64,000 bases of DNA. It comes from an uncultured Acidobacteriota bacterium (GTDB taxonomy: Bacteria; Acidobacteriota; Thermoanaerobaculia; UBA5066). Of this stretch, positions 10,925 to 21,535 are shown one piece after another (positions within the stretch are counted from its first letter, which is position 1; each line of letters begins with the position of its first letter). A program made the translations under genes and the position numbers. Under the pieces are notes generated by a model that was given only the letters and a program-made list of their open reading frames with translations, was not told the origin of the DNA and ran no database searches. The stretch spans positions 1,024,001 to 1,088,000 of the forward strand of contig CAVZYA010000002.1 of the NCBI GenBank assembly GCA_963779415.1, given 5' to 3'.

Positions 10925-12092
10925 CACGCAACCTGCCGGAGCCCGTCGGCGATCGACCGGGTGGAGGAGCGGACGGCGGGGACGATCCCGGCGACGAGGC
11001 CGACGCCGACGGCCACGGCGAACGCGAGGGCGAGGACCTCCGGGTAGACGTGGAAGGTCGCCGCGAGGGGCAACATCGGGGTCAACATGAGCTGATGTCT
11101 CAGGGGCGGCATGGCGACCACGAACAGCAGGATGCCGGAGACTCCGCCGGTGAGCGCGATGAGGACGCTCTCGCCGAGGACGAGGGCCAGAATCGTCGAT
11201 CTCCGGAAGCCGAGCGTCCGGAAGACGGCGATCTCCGTGATCCGCTCGCGCGCCGCCATCGCCATCGTGTTCCCCGCGATCAGGAGGATGACGAGGACGA
11301 TGACGGCGCCGATGGACGTCAGGAGGAGCTTCACGTTCCCCAGCATCGACACCATCCCGTTCCGGAAGGCGTTCTCGGTCTCCGTCTTCGTCGGGATAGG
11401 GAGAGTTTTCGAACATCGCGTCGATCATGGGTCCGAGGCGCTCCGAGGCGGCGGCGTCCTTCGCCTTGATCCAGATCGTGGAGACCGAGCCCTTGAAGGA
11501 CGGGAACCGCTCGTCGATGACCCGGCGGTCGAAGAAGAGGCTCGCCGACGTGCCGTTCTCGAGGTGGTAGAGGGCCCGGATCGTCAGCTCGAGGGTCATC
11601 GGGAAGACGTCTCCGACGAGCACGATCCGGTCTCCGAGCTTCCAGCCGTACCGGGCGGCGAGGTTCGTCCCGACGACGCAGCCGGTCCGGTCCGCCCGCC
11701 AGTCGCGTTCGGAGCCCTCGACGATCTCGGCGTCGTCGAAGACCTTCAGGAACGTCTCCGGGTCGACGAAGACCCGCGGGAAGGCGTCTCTTCGCTCCGC
11801 CGTCGCGATAACGGCCGCCGAAGAAATTGAAGTCGGAGACGGCTTCGACGCCCGGGAGCTGCCGGATCTTCTCCTCGTAGGCCGACGGCAGGGTGCTCAA
11901 AAGGGAGACGCGGTGGCGAACGACGAGCCGGAACGATCCGCGCACCGTCCTCGGGTCCGGCGCCTCCAGCGCCTTCAGGAAGGTCCCCATGAGGCAGATG
12001 ACGAGGAGCGGCAGGACAATCGACGCGGCCGTCAGGGCCGTCCGCGTCCTCTTCCGGAAGACGTTCTTCAGTACGAGGGGCAGGAACTTCAC
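10924..12092 (-). CDS. ABC transporter permease, MacB/FtsX family (paralog A; frameshifts near 11790 and 11395)
   Basis: GTG start VKFLPLVLKNVFRKRTRT; pieces in three frames colinear with the neighbouring paralogs. Confidence 0.87.
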
Positions 12093-12847
12093 GGACGCGG
12101 CTCGAAGCCGGCCGAGGCGGCGATGGCCGCGGCCATCCCGACCTCCTTCTTGTCCCCCTCGGCCCGGATGTCCTCCCTGAGGACCCCCTTGTCGAGGTGG
12201 ACGAGACGGTGGGCCCGGGCCGCGGCGCGCGGGTCGTGCGTCACCATCACGATCGTCTTTGCGAACTCGTCGTTGAGCCTCTCGATGAGGACGAGCACCT
12301 CTTCGGCACTCCTGGCGTCGAGGTCGCCGGTCGGCTCGTCGGCCACGAGGAGCTTCGGGTCGGTCGCGATGGCGCGCGCGATGGCGACGCGCTGCTCCTG
12401 CCCGCCCGAGAGCTGACGCGGGTAGTGGTCCATCCGGTCGGAGAGGCCGACGATCGAGAGGGCCAGCTCCACCTGCTTGCGCCGCCGTGCGCGGGGAAGG
12501 TCGGTCAGGAGGAGCGGCAGCTCGACGTTCTCGAACGCCGTCAGGACCGGGACGAGGTTGTAGAGCTGGAAGATGAAGCCGACGTTCCGGCTCCGCCACT
12601 TCGCGAGCCCCGCCTCGCCCATTCCGTCGATCTCCTTCCCCCCGACGTTGATCCGGCCCGAGGTGGGGCGGTCGATGCCGGCGATGAGGTTCAGGAGCGT
12701 CGTCTTCCCCGACCCCGACGGGCCCATCAGCGCGAGGAACTCCCCCGCGTCGACCGCGAGGTTCAGGCCCGAAAGGACCGTCAGCGTCTGCGTGTCGCGC
12801 TGGTACGCCTTGACGAGGTTCTCGATCCGGATGAACGGCTCGGCCAT
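12089..12847 (-). CDS. ABC transporter ATP-binding protein (LolD/MacB type)
   Basis: Walker A GPSGSGKT, LSGGQEQRVAIARA, ADEPTGDLD, VTHD. Confidence 0.96.
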   Translation of the reverse strand: MAEPFIRIENLVKAYQRDTQTLTVLSGLNLAVDAGEFLALMGPSGSGKTTLLNLIAGIDRPTSGRINVGGKEIDGMGEAGLAKWRSRNVGFIFQLYNLVPVLTAFENVELPLLLTDLPRARRRKQVELALSIVGLSDRMDHYPRQLSGGQEQRVAIARAIATDPKLLVADEPTGDLDARSAEEVLVLIERLNDEFAKTIVMVTHDPRAAARAHRLVHLDKGVLREDIRAEGDKKEVGMAAAIAASAGFEPRP

Positions 12848-12887
12848 CGCTCTCTCCTCCGCTACCGGCGCGGGGCGCCGGGGCGAT

Positions 12888-14096
12888 TCAGTCCTTCTTG
12901 ACGCGGACCTTCTGGTCGGCGTACCACGTCCGGGCACCCGCCGCGTCGGCGACGATCTCTTCGCCCCCGGTGGCTCCCGACGTCACTTCGATCTGCGAGG
13001 CCGCGGCGGGTCCGAGGACGAGCGGACGAAAGACCGCCCGGTCCCCCTGCACGAAGAGCGCCCCCTTCCTGCCGCCCACCTCGACGATCGAGGCGGCGGG
13101 GACCATCACCTTCGGCTTCGCCCCCTCGGCGGGCTTCGCCTTCGGGTCGATGAAGACGACCCGGCACGACATCTCGGGGAGAATCCGCGAATCGCGGTCG
13201 AGGATCTCGACCTTCACCTTGACCGATCCCTTCTGCCGGTCGGCGGTCGGGACGATCTGCCGGAGGCGCGCCTCGTAAGGGTGGTCGGGATAGGCGTCGA
13301 GCGTCACCTGCGCGGGCTGCCCGAGGGAAAGCTTGCCGAGGTTCTGCTCGTTGATGTCTGCTTCCATCTCCAGCGACGAGAGGTCCACGATGATGGCGAA
13401 CGTCGCCCCGGCCGAGCCTGCTCCGCCGAAGCCCTGCGGGGCGACCGTCTCCCCGACGAACGCCTTCTTGACCGTGACGACGCCGTCGATCGGGGAGTAG
13501 ATCTCGGCGTTCTTGATCAGCTCCTCGGTGTAGCGGACCTGCTGGTCGATCGAGGCGATCTGCGCCACGAGCGAGCGGACCTGCGCGTCGGCCGTGTCGA
13601 ACGCCTGCTGGGTCCCGATCTTGTCGGCGAGAAGCGCCTTGGCCCGCTCGCGGTCCCTCTTCGCGTTTTCGAGCTGGGCGACGACCTGGTCCTTCGTCGC
13701 GAGGTACTGCTTCTTCTGCGCCTCCAGCTCCGGCGACTCGAGGCGGGCGACCAGCTCCCCCTTCTTCACGCGCTGCCCTTCCTCGAGGTTCATCCACTCG
13801 ATCCGGCCGACAGTCTTCGGGGAGATCTCGGCCTTCGACCGGGCCACGATGTAGCCGGAAGCCGTGAGGACGGTGGAAGCCTGCGTCGGCGTGACGAGGG
13901 CGATCCGCGTCGTCGTCACTTCCGGCGGCCGGAGGGTGACGCCGCCGCTCCGGCGGGCCCAGACGATGAGGGCCGCCGCCGCGACGGCGAGGAGGGTCGC
14001 GACGACGGGCCAGACGAGACGCCGCCCACCCGGGGGCTGGTCCCGGTCGATCCGGAGCGCGGTCAGGTCGGCGGTCTTGTTGAGGGGTTCCGTCAT
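12888..14096 (-). CDS. Efflux periplasmic adaptor subunit (MacA/HlyD-like)
   Basis: N-terminal TM, LTASGYIVA, biotinyl-lipoyl-like halves around a coiled coil, ILPEMS. Confidence 0.92.
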   Translation of the reverse strand: MTEPLNKTADLTALRIDRDQPPGGRRLVWPVVATLLAVAAAALIVWARRSGGVTLRPPEVTTTRIALVTPTQASTVLTASGYIVARSKAEISPKTVGRIEWMNLEEGQRVKKGELVARLESPELEAQKKQYLATKDQVVAQLENAKRDRERAKALLADKIGTQQAFDTADAQVRSLVAQIASIDQQVRYTEELIKNAEIYSPIDGVVTVKKAFVGETVAPQGFGGAGSAGATFAIIVDLSSLEMEADINEQNLGKLSLGQPAQVTLDAYPDHPYEARLRQIVPTADRQKGSVKVKVEILDRDSRILPEMSCRVVFIDPKAKPAEGAKPKVMVPAASIVEVGGRKGALFVQGDRAVFRPLVLGPAAASQIEVTSGATGGEEIVADAAGARTWYADQKVRVKKD

Positions 14097-14192
14097 CGGA
14101 TCCGTTCGTGGTCGAAGCGGGGGCAAACGAGTCTACAGCGCCGCCCCGGACCTCGATCCATCCTCCCTACGACGGACGGCTCCGTTCGGCTT

Positions 14193-15641
14193 TCAGCCCG
14201 CGGCCCGCTCGGCGGCAGCGGCCGTTCGGAGGGAATCGAGCAGCTTCTCGAGGTGCCGCCACTCCGTCCGGGCGCTTCCGATCGCGGCGCGAAGGACGTA
14301 TCGACCGGAGAGCGCGGTGTGCGAGATGAAGCTCCGCCCGTCGGCGTTCACCGCCTCGAGGATCCGGCGGTTCGCCGCGTCGGCCTCCTCCGGAGAGACG
14401 CCGGGAAAATCGAAGCGGAAGGCGACGACGGAGAACGGGGTCGGCGCCACGATCGAAAGCCCCGGAATCCTCTCCAGCTCCTCCCGAAGCCTCCGGGCGA
14501 GCGCGAGGTGTTTCCGGATGACCTCGCGGACCCCTTCGACGCCGAAAGCGCGGAGCGTCATCCACATCTTGAGGGCGCGGAAGCGGCGGCCGAGCTGAAT
14601 GCCGTAGTCCATGTACTCGCGGACGCTTCCGGCCTGGTTCTCCGGCGTCTCGAGGTAGACGGGGACGACGGAGAAGGCGCGGCGGACCCGCTCCATTCGC
14701 CGGAAGAAGAGCGCGGTGCACTCGAGCGGGGCGAGCATCCATTTGTGCGGATTGAAGACGATTGAGTCGGCCCGCTCCCATCCCGAGAAGAGGGGGCGCA
14801 TCTCGGGGAGCGAGGCCGCCGCGCCGGCATACGCCGCGTCGACGTGGAGCCACAGCCTCTCCCGCTGGCAGAGCGTGGCGATCTCCCCGCACGGGTCGAC
14901 GCTCGTGACGCCGGTCGTCCCGACCGTGGCAACGGCCGCGACCGGGACGCGCCACGCCGCACGGTCCTCCGCGATCGTCCTCGCGAGCGCCTCGGGGCGC
15001 ATCCGGAACTCGCCGTCGACGGGAATCTTCCGGAGGCCCGACGTCCCGAAACCGAGGACGACGCAGGCCTTGTCGATGGAGGAGTGCGCAAGCTCCGAGG
15101 CGTAGACGACTCCCGTGCCGCGCCCCGCGAGCCCCGTCTTCCGGAGGTCCGGGAAGGCCTGCTCGCGGGCGGCGGCGAGCGCGATCAGCGAGCCGGACGA
15201 GGCCGTGTCGGCGAGCTGCCCGTCGAAGCCGTCCTTCCCGGCCGGAAGTCCGACGATCGAAAGGAGCCAGCGGACGACGACCTGCTCCATCTCCGTCAGG
15301 ACGGGCGAGGTTCGCCAGAGGATCCCGGTCTGGTTGTATCCGGCCGCGAGAAAGTCCCCGACGACGCCGGGGGCCGCGCCGGTATTGGCGAAGTACGCCA
15401 TGTAACCGGGGTGCTGCCAGTGGGTCAGGTTGGGCTCCACGATCGCGTCGAGGTCCCGCTCGATCGCCTCCCAAGCCTCCGGCTCCTCGGGCGGCTCCGG
15501 AGGGAGCGAGGCGATCACCTCGCCCGGCCTCGTCCGCGCGAGGACGGGGCGCGACTCCAGCGTCTCGAAATACCGCGTCAGCCGGTCGACGGCCGAAGTG
15601 GCCATTTTCCGGAACTCTTCGGGGGGAAAGTCGCCGACCAT
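14193..15641 (-). CDS. Group II PLP-dependent decarboxylase (aromatic-L-amino-acid decarboxylase-like)
   Basis: THWQHPGYMAYF, AHSSIDKA, TVGTT, LHVDAAYAG, FNPHKWM, LGRRFRALK. Confidence 0.92.
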   Translation of the reverse strand: MVGDFPPEEFRKMATSAVDRLTRYFETLESRPVLARTRPGEVIASLPPEPPEEPEAWEAIERDLDAIVEPNLTHWQHPGYMAYFANTGAAPGVVGDFLAAGYNQTGILWRTSPVLTEMEQVVVRWLLSIVGLPAGKDGFDGQLADTASSGSLIALAAAREQAFPDLRKTGLAGRGTGVVYASELAHSSIDKACVVLGFGTSGLRKIPVDGEFRMRPEALARTIAEDRAAWRVPVAAVATVGTTGVTSVDPCGEIATLCQRERLWLHVDAAYAGAAASLPEMRPLFSGWERADSIVFNPHKWMLAPLECTALFFRRMERVRRAFSVVPVYLETPENQAGSVREYMDYGIQLGRRFRALKMWMTLRAFGVEGVREVIRKHLALARRLREELERIPGLSIVAPTPFSVVAFRFDFPGVSPEEADAANRRILEAVNADGRSFISHTALSGRYVLRAAIGSARTEWRHLEKLLDSLRTAAAAERAAG

Positions 15642-15667
15642 GGCCCCGAGTCTACGGCGCCCGTGTC

Positions 15668-17555
15668 CTAGGGCTCCGCCACGACGGTCGTCCGCGCGAT
15701 CCCGGTACGGTTCTCGAGGAGGTCGGCGACGGAGACCGAGAGGCTCCATTTTCCGGGGGCGAGGGTCAGCGAAAGGATCTTCGAGGTCTGCGTCCCCGAG
15801 GCCGCGGAGTACTCCTTTCCGGTCATCGCGAGGAAGAGGTCCTCGGAGAAGCTCTCGCGCCCCTTCCCCTCGGCCGAGTCGGCCACGACGCTGATCCGCG
15901 TCGACGCCACGAGGCCGTCTTCCTCGGCGAGGAACTTCAGGTCGTCGACCGCGATCTTCACCTCCAGCTTGTAGAGGTTCTTCCCGTCGACGCCGGGAGC
16001 GGGGCTCTTCCCCTTCCAGTCGATCGAGACGTCGATCGGTTTTCCGACGAGCCGTGCGGCGCCCGGCCGCTTCGCATCCGTCGACGCACGAAGACGCTGC
16101 CGGTCTGCCTCGGCCACGGCCGCCTCGGCTCGTTGCCCCGGGACCTTCGGCTGGTACGCCGACCGGGAGAAGACCCGGACGCCGCTCTTCTTCACGCGGA
16201 CCTCGACTTTGTACGAGCGGCGCGGGTCGACGTCCGTCATCCGGATCCCGAGGCGATAGGCCCCGGACGACGCGTCGAGAAAGACCGCGAGCGAGCCGGC
16301 GACATCCCCAGACTGGAGGCGCGCGAGCCCCCCCGTCGTCGCCGCGAGGTTCGTCCCGGTCTCCTGCATCGACTGACGTTCGCTCGAGAGAGGCCGGAAG
16401 CGCTCGGCCGGCCCCTGCGCGGCCGTAGGGAGGTCCGTCGCGCGGGACGGGTCGAGAAAATCGAAGGTGATCCCCGTGCCGGCGATCCACCGTCGCGAAG
16501 TCGTCGTACTCGGTCAGCTGCGTCGCCTGGATGCCGTTGACCGCGGAGCCGGGCATCCCCGGAAGGGCGGCGGCCGTCCGGGGGTCGGGCGCTCCGCCTC
16601 TCCGAATGGTCGACTGGGAGGCGACAGATGCCGCCTGGAGGAGGTTGAAGCCCGGATACCGCTCGAACCCGCGCGAGACGAAGACGACGGTCTTCCGTCC
16701 GTCGAGAAGCGCGTACTCCTCGCAGACCTTCCTCATCCCCTCGACGAGGTCGCGGACGCGCGCCCGCTCGGCCTGGACGAACCGTCCGATGTTCTGCCAC
16801 GCCTCGGCCATGAAGCGCGGGTCGGGAAAGGACGACGACATGTAGTCCTGGATGGCACGGGCGAGGTCGTCGAGGAGCCTCCGCTCGAGGGACTGTCTGG
16901 CCTCGTAGTTCCGGGGGCTGTCCGCATAGGCCGTTCCCTGCCGGGATGTGCCGTCGGAGACCGATGCGACCTCGCGGGCGTCCTCGGCAGCCGCCTCGGC
17001 CATCGTCTCGAGGGCGGCGGTGACCCTGTCCCGTGACTCTTCCTCGAAAACGAGGGTCGAGGAGCGCCCGAAGTGCGAGACGACCGAGAAGCGGGTGGGG
17101 GGCGGGACGCGGGAGAGGGCCTCCGAGATGGCGGGCACCGATTCGCTGACCGCGAGAAGCGGCAGGTCCTCGAGGTCGACGAAGACGAGGAGGTGCGGCG
17201 CGGGACGGGAGCCGGCCTCTGCGGGGGCGGTCGTCCCCGGGAGCGTCGGAGGAGCGACGGCGGCCGTGCCGCCTTCCGGCGCGGCGCCGGGACGCGGCGC
17301 CGGCGGGTCGAAGAACTCGAGGGGCTGGGCTCGTCCGGCGATCCGGACCTCGAAGTCGTCTTTCGTGAGGCCGGGGACGGGGCGGTCCTTCCCGTCGAGG
17401 GCGAGGACGTCCAGCTCGAGGATGTCGACGTCGATCCGGGTGACGACCTGGCCGGCGCGGGCGGGGGTTGGCGTCGGCGGCGTCTGGGCGGAGACCGGAA
17501 GCGCGAGGAGCCCCGCGAGGAGGCACGCGACGGCGATGCGGCGTCGGGGTGTCAG
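15668..17555 (-). CDS. Exported VWA-type domain protein (frameshifted; start uncertain)
   Basis: Signal-like IAVACLLAGLLALPVSAQ, LDGKDRPVPGLTKDDFEV, LDGRKTVVFVSRGF, LAATTGG, YRLG; shifts at about 16490-16400. Confidence 0.75.
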
Positions 17556-17890
17556 GCTTTCGGCTTCCCCGGGGCGATCGCGGGCCTCGTTGCGGAGGCC
17601 CTTCGGGCGCCTTCCGGGATCTGGAGCGGCCCGGTCTTCAGATCCTCCCGGATGATGAGGTCGAGGAAGAGGGCACGGACGCCGTCCCGTCCCTCCACCT
17701 TGAAGACCCTCCGGACCTCTTTCGGCGAAAGCGTCACGCCGGTCATCGCCTTGAGGTACTGGCAGAAGACGATCGCCCGCGAACGGAACGAGACGACGAG
17801 AATGAAGAGGAGAAGGAGCGCAAACGCGAGCGGAGCGAGATCGGAGAGGCTCCTGATCTCGAAGATGGAGCTCAAGTCCGGGAGCTTCAC
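17552..17890 (-). CDS. Hypothetical single-TM protein
   Basis: 112-aa ORF with one hydrophobic segment, in operon context. Confidence 0.6.
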   Translation of the reverse strand: MKLPDLSSIFEIRSLSDLAPLAFALLLLFILVVSFRSRAIVFCQYLKAMTGVTLSPKEVRRVFKVEGRDGVRALFLDLIIREDLKTGPLQIPEGARRASATRPAIAPGKPKA

Positions 17891-17957
17891 GCGGGCCCTC
17901 GCCTCCTCGCCGTGCGGTCGGGCGAATCATACTCTGGCCCCCCGCGGGGAAGGCTCG

Positions 17958-18314
17958 TCATCTGTCGAGAAGAGCGCCGCGCGAGATCTCGCGGAGCCGG
18001 GACGCATCTCCCCCCATCGACCACCTGAGCCAGTCGAGGGCCGCCCGTGCCCGCGCGGCGTCGCCGCAGGTGAAGAGGTCGACAGCCGCCTCGCCCCGCT
18101 CCGGCCACGTGTGGATCGTCAGGTGCGACTCGGAGATGACGGCGACGCCGGAGACCCCCTGCGGCTCGAGGCGGTGAAGGTGGACGCCGAGAAGGACCGC
18201 ACCCATCTGGTCGACCGTCGCCATGAGGAGGCGCTCGAGGAGGACGTCGTCGTCGAGGATCTCCCACGAGACTCCGGCGACGTCGAGGAGAAGGTGGATC
18301 CCGAGGGCGCGCAT
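17958..18314 (-). CDS. speD: S-adenosylmethionine decarboxylase proenzyme-like (pyruvoyl, short class)
   Basis: GIHLLLD, PQGVSGVAVISESHLTIHTWPE (E-S-H cleavage site), VDLFTCG. Confidence 0.88.
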   Translation of the reverse strand: MRALGIHLLLDVAGVSWEILDDDVLLERLLMATVDQMGAVLLGVHLHRLEPQGVSGVAVISESHLTIHTWPERGEAAVDLFTCGDAARARAALDWLRWSMGGDASRLREISRGALLDR

Positions 18315-19399
18315 CAGGCCGCCTCGGGGAGCGAGAGGGCGCGGAGAGCCTCGCGGTTCTCCGGGCGAACCTTCCAGATGAAGCCGTCGAGGACGTAGTG
18401 GACGGCCTGCGGGAGGGCGAGGAGAGGGACGAGGAGCGCGAGGACGATGGCGCCCGGGTCGAGCGAGGGGCCCGGAAAGATCGCCCGGTTCTCGTGCCAG
18501 AGGAGCCGGTCCCACCCCCACTCCTCGAGGAACGCGAAGACGAAGAGGGGGAGAAGGAAGAGCGGCAGGCTTCGGGCCGCGCGGAGGGCGAGCGACGGGG
18601 CGCGGCGGGAGAAGGGGGCCGACGCCGCCCGTGCGCGCTCGGTCAGCAGGACGAGGCCGATGTACGGGACACCGTGAATCAGGACGTTCGTCACGGTGAA
18701 GGCGTAGTCGGAGTCGAGGACGACAATCCCGAGGAACCACATCAACGTCGTCGTCAGGACGACGAGGGCTTTCCCCCAGGAGACGGGGAGGCCGCGCCGG
18801 GCCCGTCCCGCCTCCTTGAGCAGCCACGCGGAGAGAAGGCCCGCGAAGAGCGCCATCGCCGCGCGGGCGACTTCGGGGCTGAGGCCGGAGAGAAAGTCGC
18901 CGTCGACGAACCAGTGAAAGCGGCGGGGCTGGTGGGCGTGCCACCAGAGAAGCGGCGCGAGGGTGGCGCCGTAGATGACCGCCGCGTCGAGAACGCGCGC
19001 GACGCCCCCTTCCTCGCCGTTCTTCCGCCGGTAGAGCGCCACCCAGCCGTACTGCTGCCGGACGAAATGGAAGACGGCGACGTATGCCAGAACCCGCCAG
19101 AAGACGAGCGGCGAGAGAGACCAGGCGACGACGCCGGCCGCATAGCAGGCGGCCGGAACGGCGAGGTAGAGGACGCGCCGGCTGCGGAACTCGTCGGCGT
19201 CGGCGTAGACGCGCCAGCCGGTCGCCCAGACGTGCGCGACGTCGACGAAGACGACCGCGGCCAGCCAGAGCCCGAGGGGCGTGTCGCCCTCGAGCAGGCC
19301 GGTCGCGTGCCCGACGAGGAGAAGGAGGAGGGCCGCGGCCGTCGGCCCGGCGAAGAGGCCGAGGTCGACGGCGCGCGAGAAGAGCCAGGCCGAGCGCAT
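18314..19399 (-). CDS. Polytopic membrane protein with several His motifs
   Basis: About 9 hydrophobic segments; DVAHVWAT, FHFVRQQYG, IHGVPY, VHYVLDGFIWK. Confidence 0.75.
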   Translation of the reverse strand: MRSAWLFSRAVDLGLFAGPTAAALLLLLVGHATGLLEGDTPLGLWLAAVVFVDVAHVWATGWRVYADADEFRSRRVLYLAVPAACYAAGVVAWSLSPLVFWRVLAYVAVFHFVRQQYGWVALYRRKNGEEGGVARVLDAAVIYGATLAPLLWWHAHQPRRFHWFVDGDFLSGLSPEVARAAMALFAGLLSAWLLKEAGRARRGLPVSWGKALVVLTTTLMWFLGIVVLDSDYAFTVTNVLIHGVPYIGLVLLTERARAASAPFSRRAPSLALRAARSLPLFLLPLFVFAFLEEWGWDRLLWHENRAIFPGPSLDPGAIVLALLVPLLALPQAVHYVLDGFIWKVRPENREALRALSLPEAA

Positions 19400-19411
19400 C
19401 GCGGCGCGATG

Positions 19412-19906
19412 TTATCGCCGGGAGCCCGGAGCCTGCCGCCCCGCCACGCACGCCACCGTCCGGGCCGCCGCGTACGGGACCGTGATGAGGACGGGGCCGA
19501 TGACGAGCGCGGCGCCAGGGTACGAGACGCCGAGGAGGATCCACTGAAAGACGGAATCCATCAGGATGCCCATGAGGAGCAGCGCCGCAATGCTCTCGAA
19601 GCTGTCCCGCAGGAGTTTCCTTCGATGATCCGCGAGAAGGAAGAGACCGCGGAGGAGGGCGGGGCGTCCCGCGGCGGCGTCGGCCCGGCCGCTCCGGATC
19701 CCGATCAGGATCGCCAGCACCGGTTGAATCAGGAACCGGAGCCGGCCCGGCCCGGCGAGGCGCTTCGGGATGTCGAGAAGGAACTCCATCGAGAACAGGT
19801 AGAAGCCTCCGCGCTCCGACGCGTCGCGCAAGGCGCCGGGTATGGACACCCCGAGAACGGCGAGCGTCAGCAAGCCGATCGCCAGCGTCGTCCGTCGGGA
19901 TTTCAC
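19412..19906 (-). CDS. Hypothetical membrane protein
   Basis: GPGRLRFLIQP...GIRSGRADA, several hydrophobic segments. Confidence 0.7.
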   Translation of the reverse strand: MKSRRTTLAIGLLTLAVLGVSIPGALRDASERGGFYLFSMEFLLDIPKRLAGPGRLRFLIQPVLAILIGIRSGRADAAAGRPALLRGLFLLADHRRKLLRDSFESIAALLLMGILMDSVFQWILLGVSYPGAALVIGPVLITVPYAAARTVACVAGRQAPGSRR

Positions 19907-19925
19907 GGCCGCGCCGCGAGGCCGC

Positions 19926-20492
19926 CTACTTCCGGGCGACGTCCTTCAGCCAGACGGTCTCGGCGCCGTAGTCCTCGGTCACGAGGGCTCCGTCTTCGCG
20001 GATCTTCAGCTTCGCGGCCGGAGCGACCTCGCCGGATCCCTTGCCGTCGGCGTCGAGGACGAGAAGGACGTAGGCGTGGTCGTAGCCCGCCTTCGGCTTC
20101 GCGTTCGGCACGTCGCCGCCGATGTGGATGATCGGCTCGCTGCAGACGATCGTGATGATCTTTCCGCCGCCGGTCGAGCGCGGGAAGGCGAACTTGACCG
20201 GAACCTTGACCTTCGCGCCGCCCTCCACGAAGCCGAGAGTCGGCTGCGCGGCGAGTGCCTTGTTGAGCGCCGCCGCGTCGCCGGCCTTGAAGGCGGCGAG
20301 GAGCGTGTCCCGCTCGGAAGTCGTCAGCATCCGGTCGAGGGAGATCGTCACGGGAGCCGTGTGAAGCTTGCCGTCGGCCGTCTTCATCTCGGCCCGGGCC
20401 GTCCAGGTCTCCTGGGCGTTCGCCGCGCCGGCGGAGAGGATCGTGAGGGCGAGGCCGAGAGCGGCCGGACGAAGCAGGAAGCGCAGAGTCAT
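19926..20492 (-). CDS. Hypothetical exported protein
   Basis: Signal peptide MTLRFLLRPAALGLALTILSAGAANA, RBS GGAGG. Confidence 0.75.
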   Translation of the reverse strand: MTLRFLLRPAALGLALTILSAGAANAQETWTARAEMKTADGKLHTAPVTISLDRMLTTSERDTLLAAFKAGDAAALNKALAAQPTLGFVEGGAKVKVPVKFAFPRSTGGGKIITIVCSEPIIHIGGDVPNAKPKAGYDHAYVLLVLDADGKGSGEVAPAAKLKIREDGALVTEDYGAETVWLKDVARK

Positions 20493-20575
20493 CGTTACCT
20501 CCGGGTCGCGGATCTTACGACGGCGCCGGGCCGGCGCGGGGCCTCCCGCGAATCGGCCCGGTCGTCCCGGAGCGG

Positions 20576-21535
20576 TCACGGCTCCTTGACCGGGCTCCAG
20601 CTCTTGTCCGGGTCGTAGAGCTCCATCGCGCGGAAGTGTTCGAGCGTCTTCGGCCCGAGGTCCTTTTCATAGACGATGCCGTCGTGGCTCACGATGAAGC
20701 TCTTCACGCCGGTCACCCGGTAGTCGGCCGGCGCGGCGACGAGCGCGAAGCCGCCGATCATCACCCCCTCCACGACGAAGTCGATCTTCCCGAGCGGCGC
20801 CGCCGGGCCCTGGCCCTTGAGGACCTTGAAGTAGAAGCCGTGGAACGGCTCGGACTTCTTCGAGTAGCCCTCGGCGATCGCGCGGGCGAGCCCCTCTCCC
20901 AACGGCCCTCCCATGGTCCCGTCGGGGTTCTGCCACGCGAGGCCGTCCTGCTTCCCGGGGGTGCTGATGATCTTCTGCGCGTACTGGTTCACCGGGGAGC
21001 CGTCGTGCTTCTCGAGCGCGTACGCGTGCTGCGCCTCGACGAAGTGGTGGCAGGCCCCGATGGCATTCAGCTCGTTGCCTCCGATCCGGCGGTAGAGGAC
21101 TTCCTTCCGCCCCGCCTTCGAGTCGAAGAGCCACTTCCCCCCTTTGCGGACGATCGGAACCGGCATCGGCCAGTCCTGGTCTCCGATCGAGAGGATCGCG
21201 AGGTTCGGGTTCTTCGCGTCGGGGACGACGTCGTTCTTCTCGCGCGCCTTTGCCGCGAAGGCTTCGATCTGGTTCCTGTCCTGAACCGCGTCGGCGGTGA
21301 CGACGAAGTCCGCGCCGTCCGGCCCGAGGATCTCCTTCAGGGCAGGCACGTCGAGCCTCACCGCCGCGGAAATCAACGCGTCGGCGGCCCCCCTCGCGGA
21401 GTCGAATGTCCGCTGGTGGACGGCGACCGAGGGCTTCTTTGCCGCCGGCGCGACAGGCTCAGCGGCGTCGAGAGCCGGCGCGAAGATGAAGGCGCAGACG
21501 ATTCCTGAGCCAAGCCACTTTTTCATGACGCTCAT
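20576..21535 (-). CDS. DUF2950 family protein
   Basis: WPMPVPIV, RRIGGNEL, YAQKIISTPGKQDGLAW, PFHGFYFKVL, GIVYEKDLG. Confidence 0.88.
   Translation of the reverse strand: MSVMKKWLGSGIVCAFIFAPALDAAEPVAPAAKKPSVAVHQRTFDSARGAADALISAAVRLDVPALKEILGPDGADFVVTADAVQDRNQIEAFAAKAREKNDVVPDAKNPNLAILSIGDQDWPMPVPIVRKGGKWLFDSKAGRKEVLYRRIGGNELNAIGACHHFVEAQHAYALEKHDGSPVNQYAQKIISTPGKQDGLAWQNPDGTMGGPLGEGLARAIAEGYSKKSEPFHGFYFKVLKGQGPAAPLGKIDFVVEGVMIGGFALVAAPADYRVTGVKSFIVSHDGIVYEKDLGPKTLEHFRAMELYDPDKSWSPVKEP

Noticed and set aside
14193-17930. 1245-aa ORF fusing VWA-type protein to PLP decarboxylase
   Set aside because: The VWA C-terminus is in another frame with its own stop at 15668; read-through is a high-GC/frameshift artefact.
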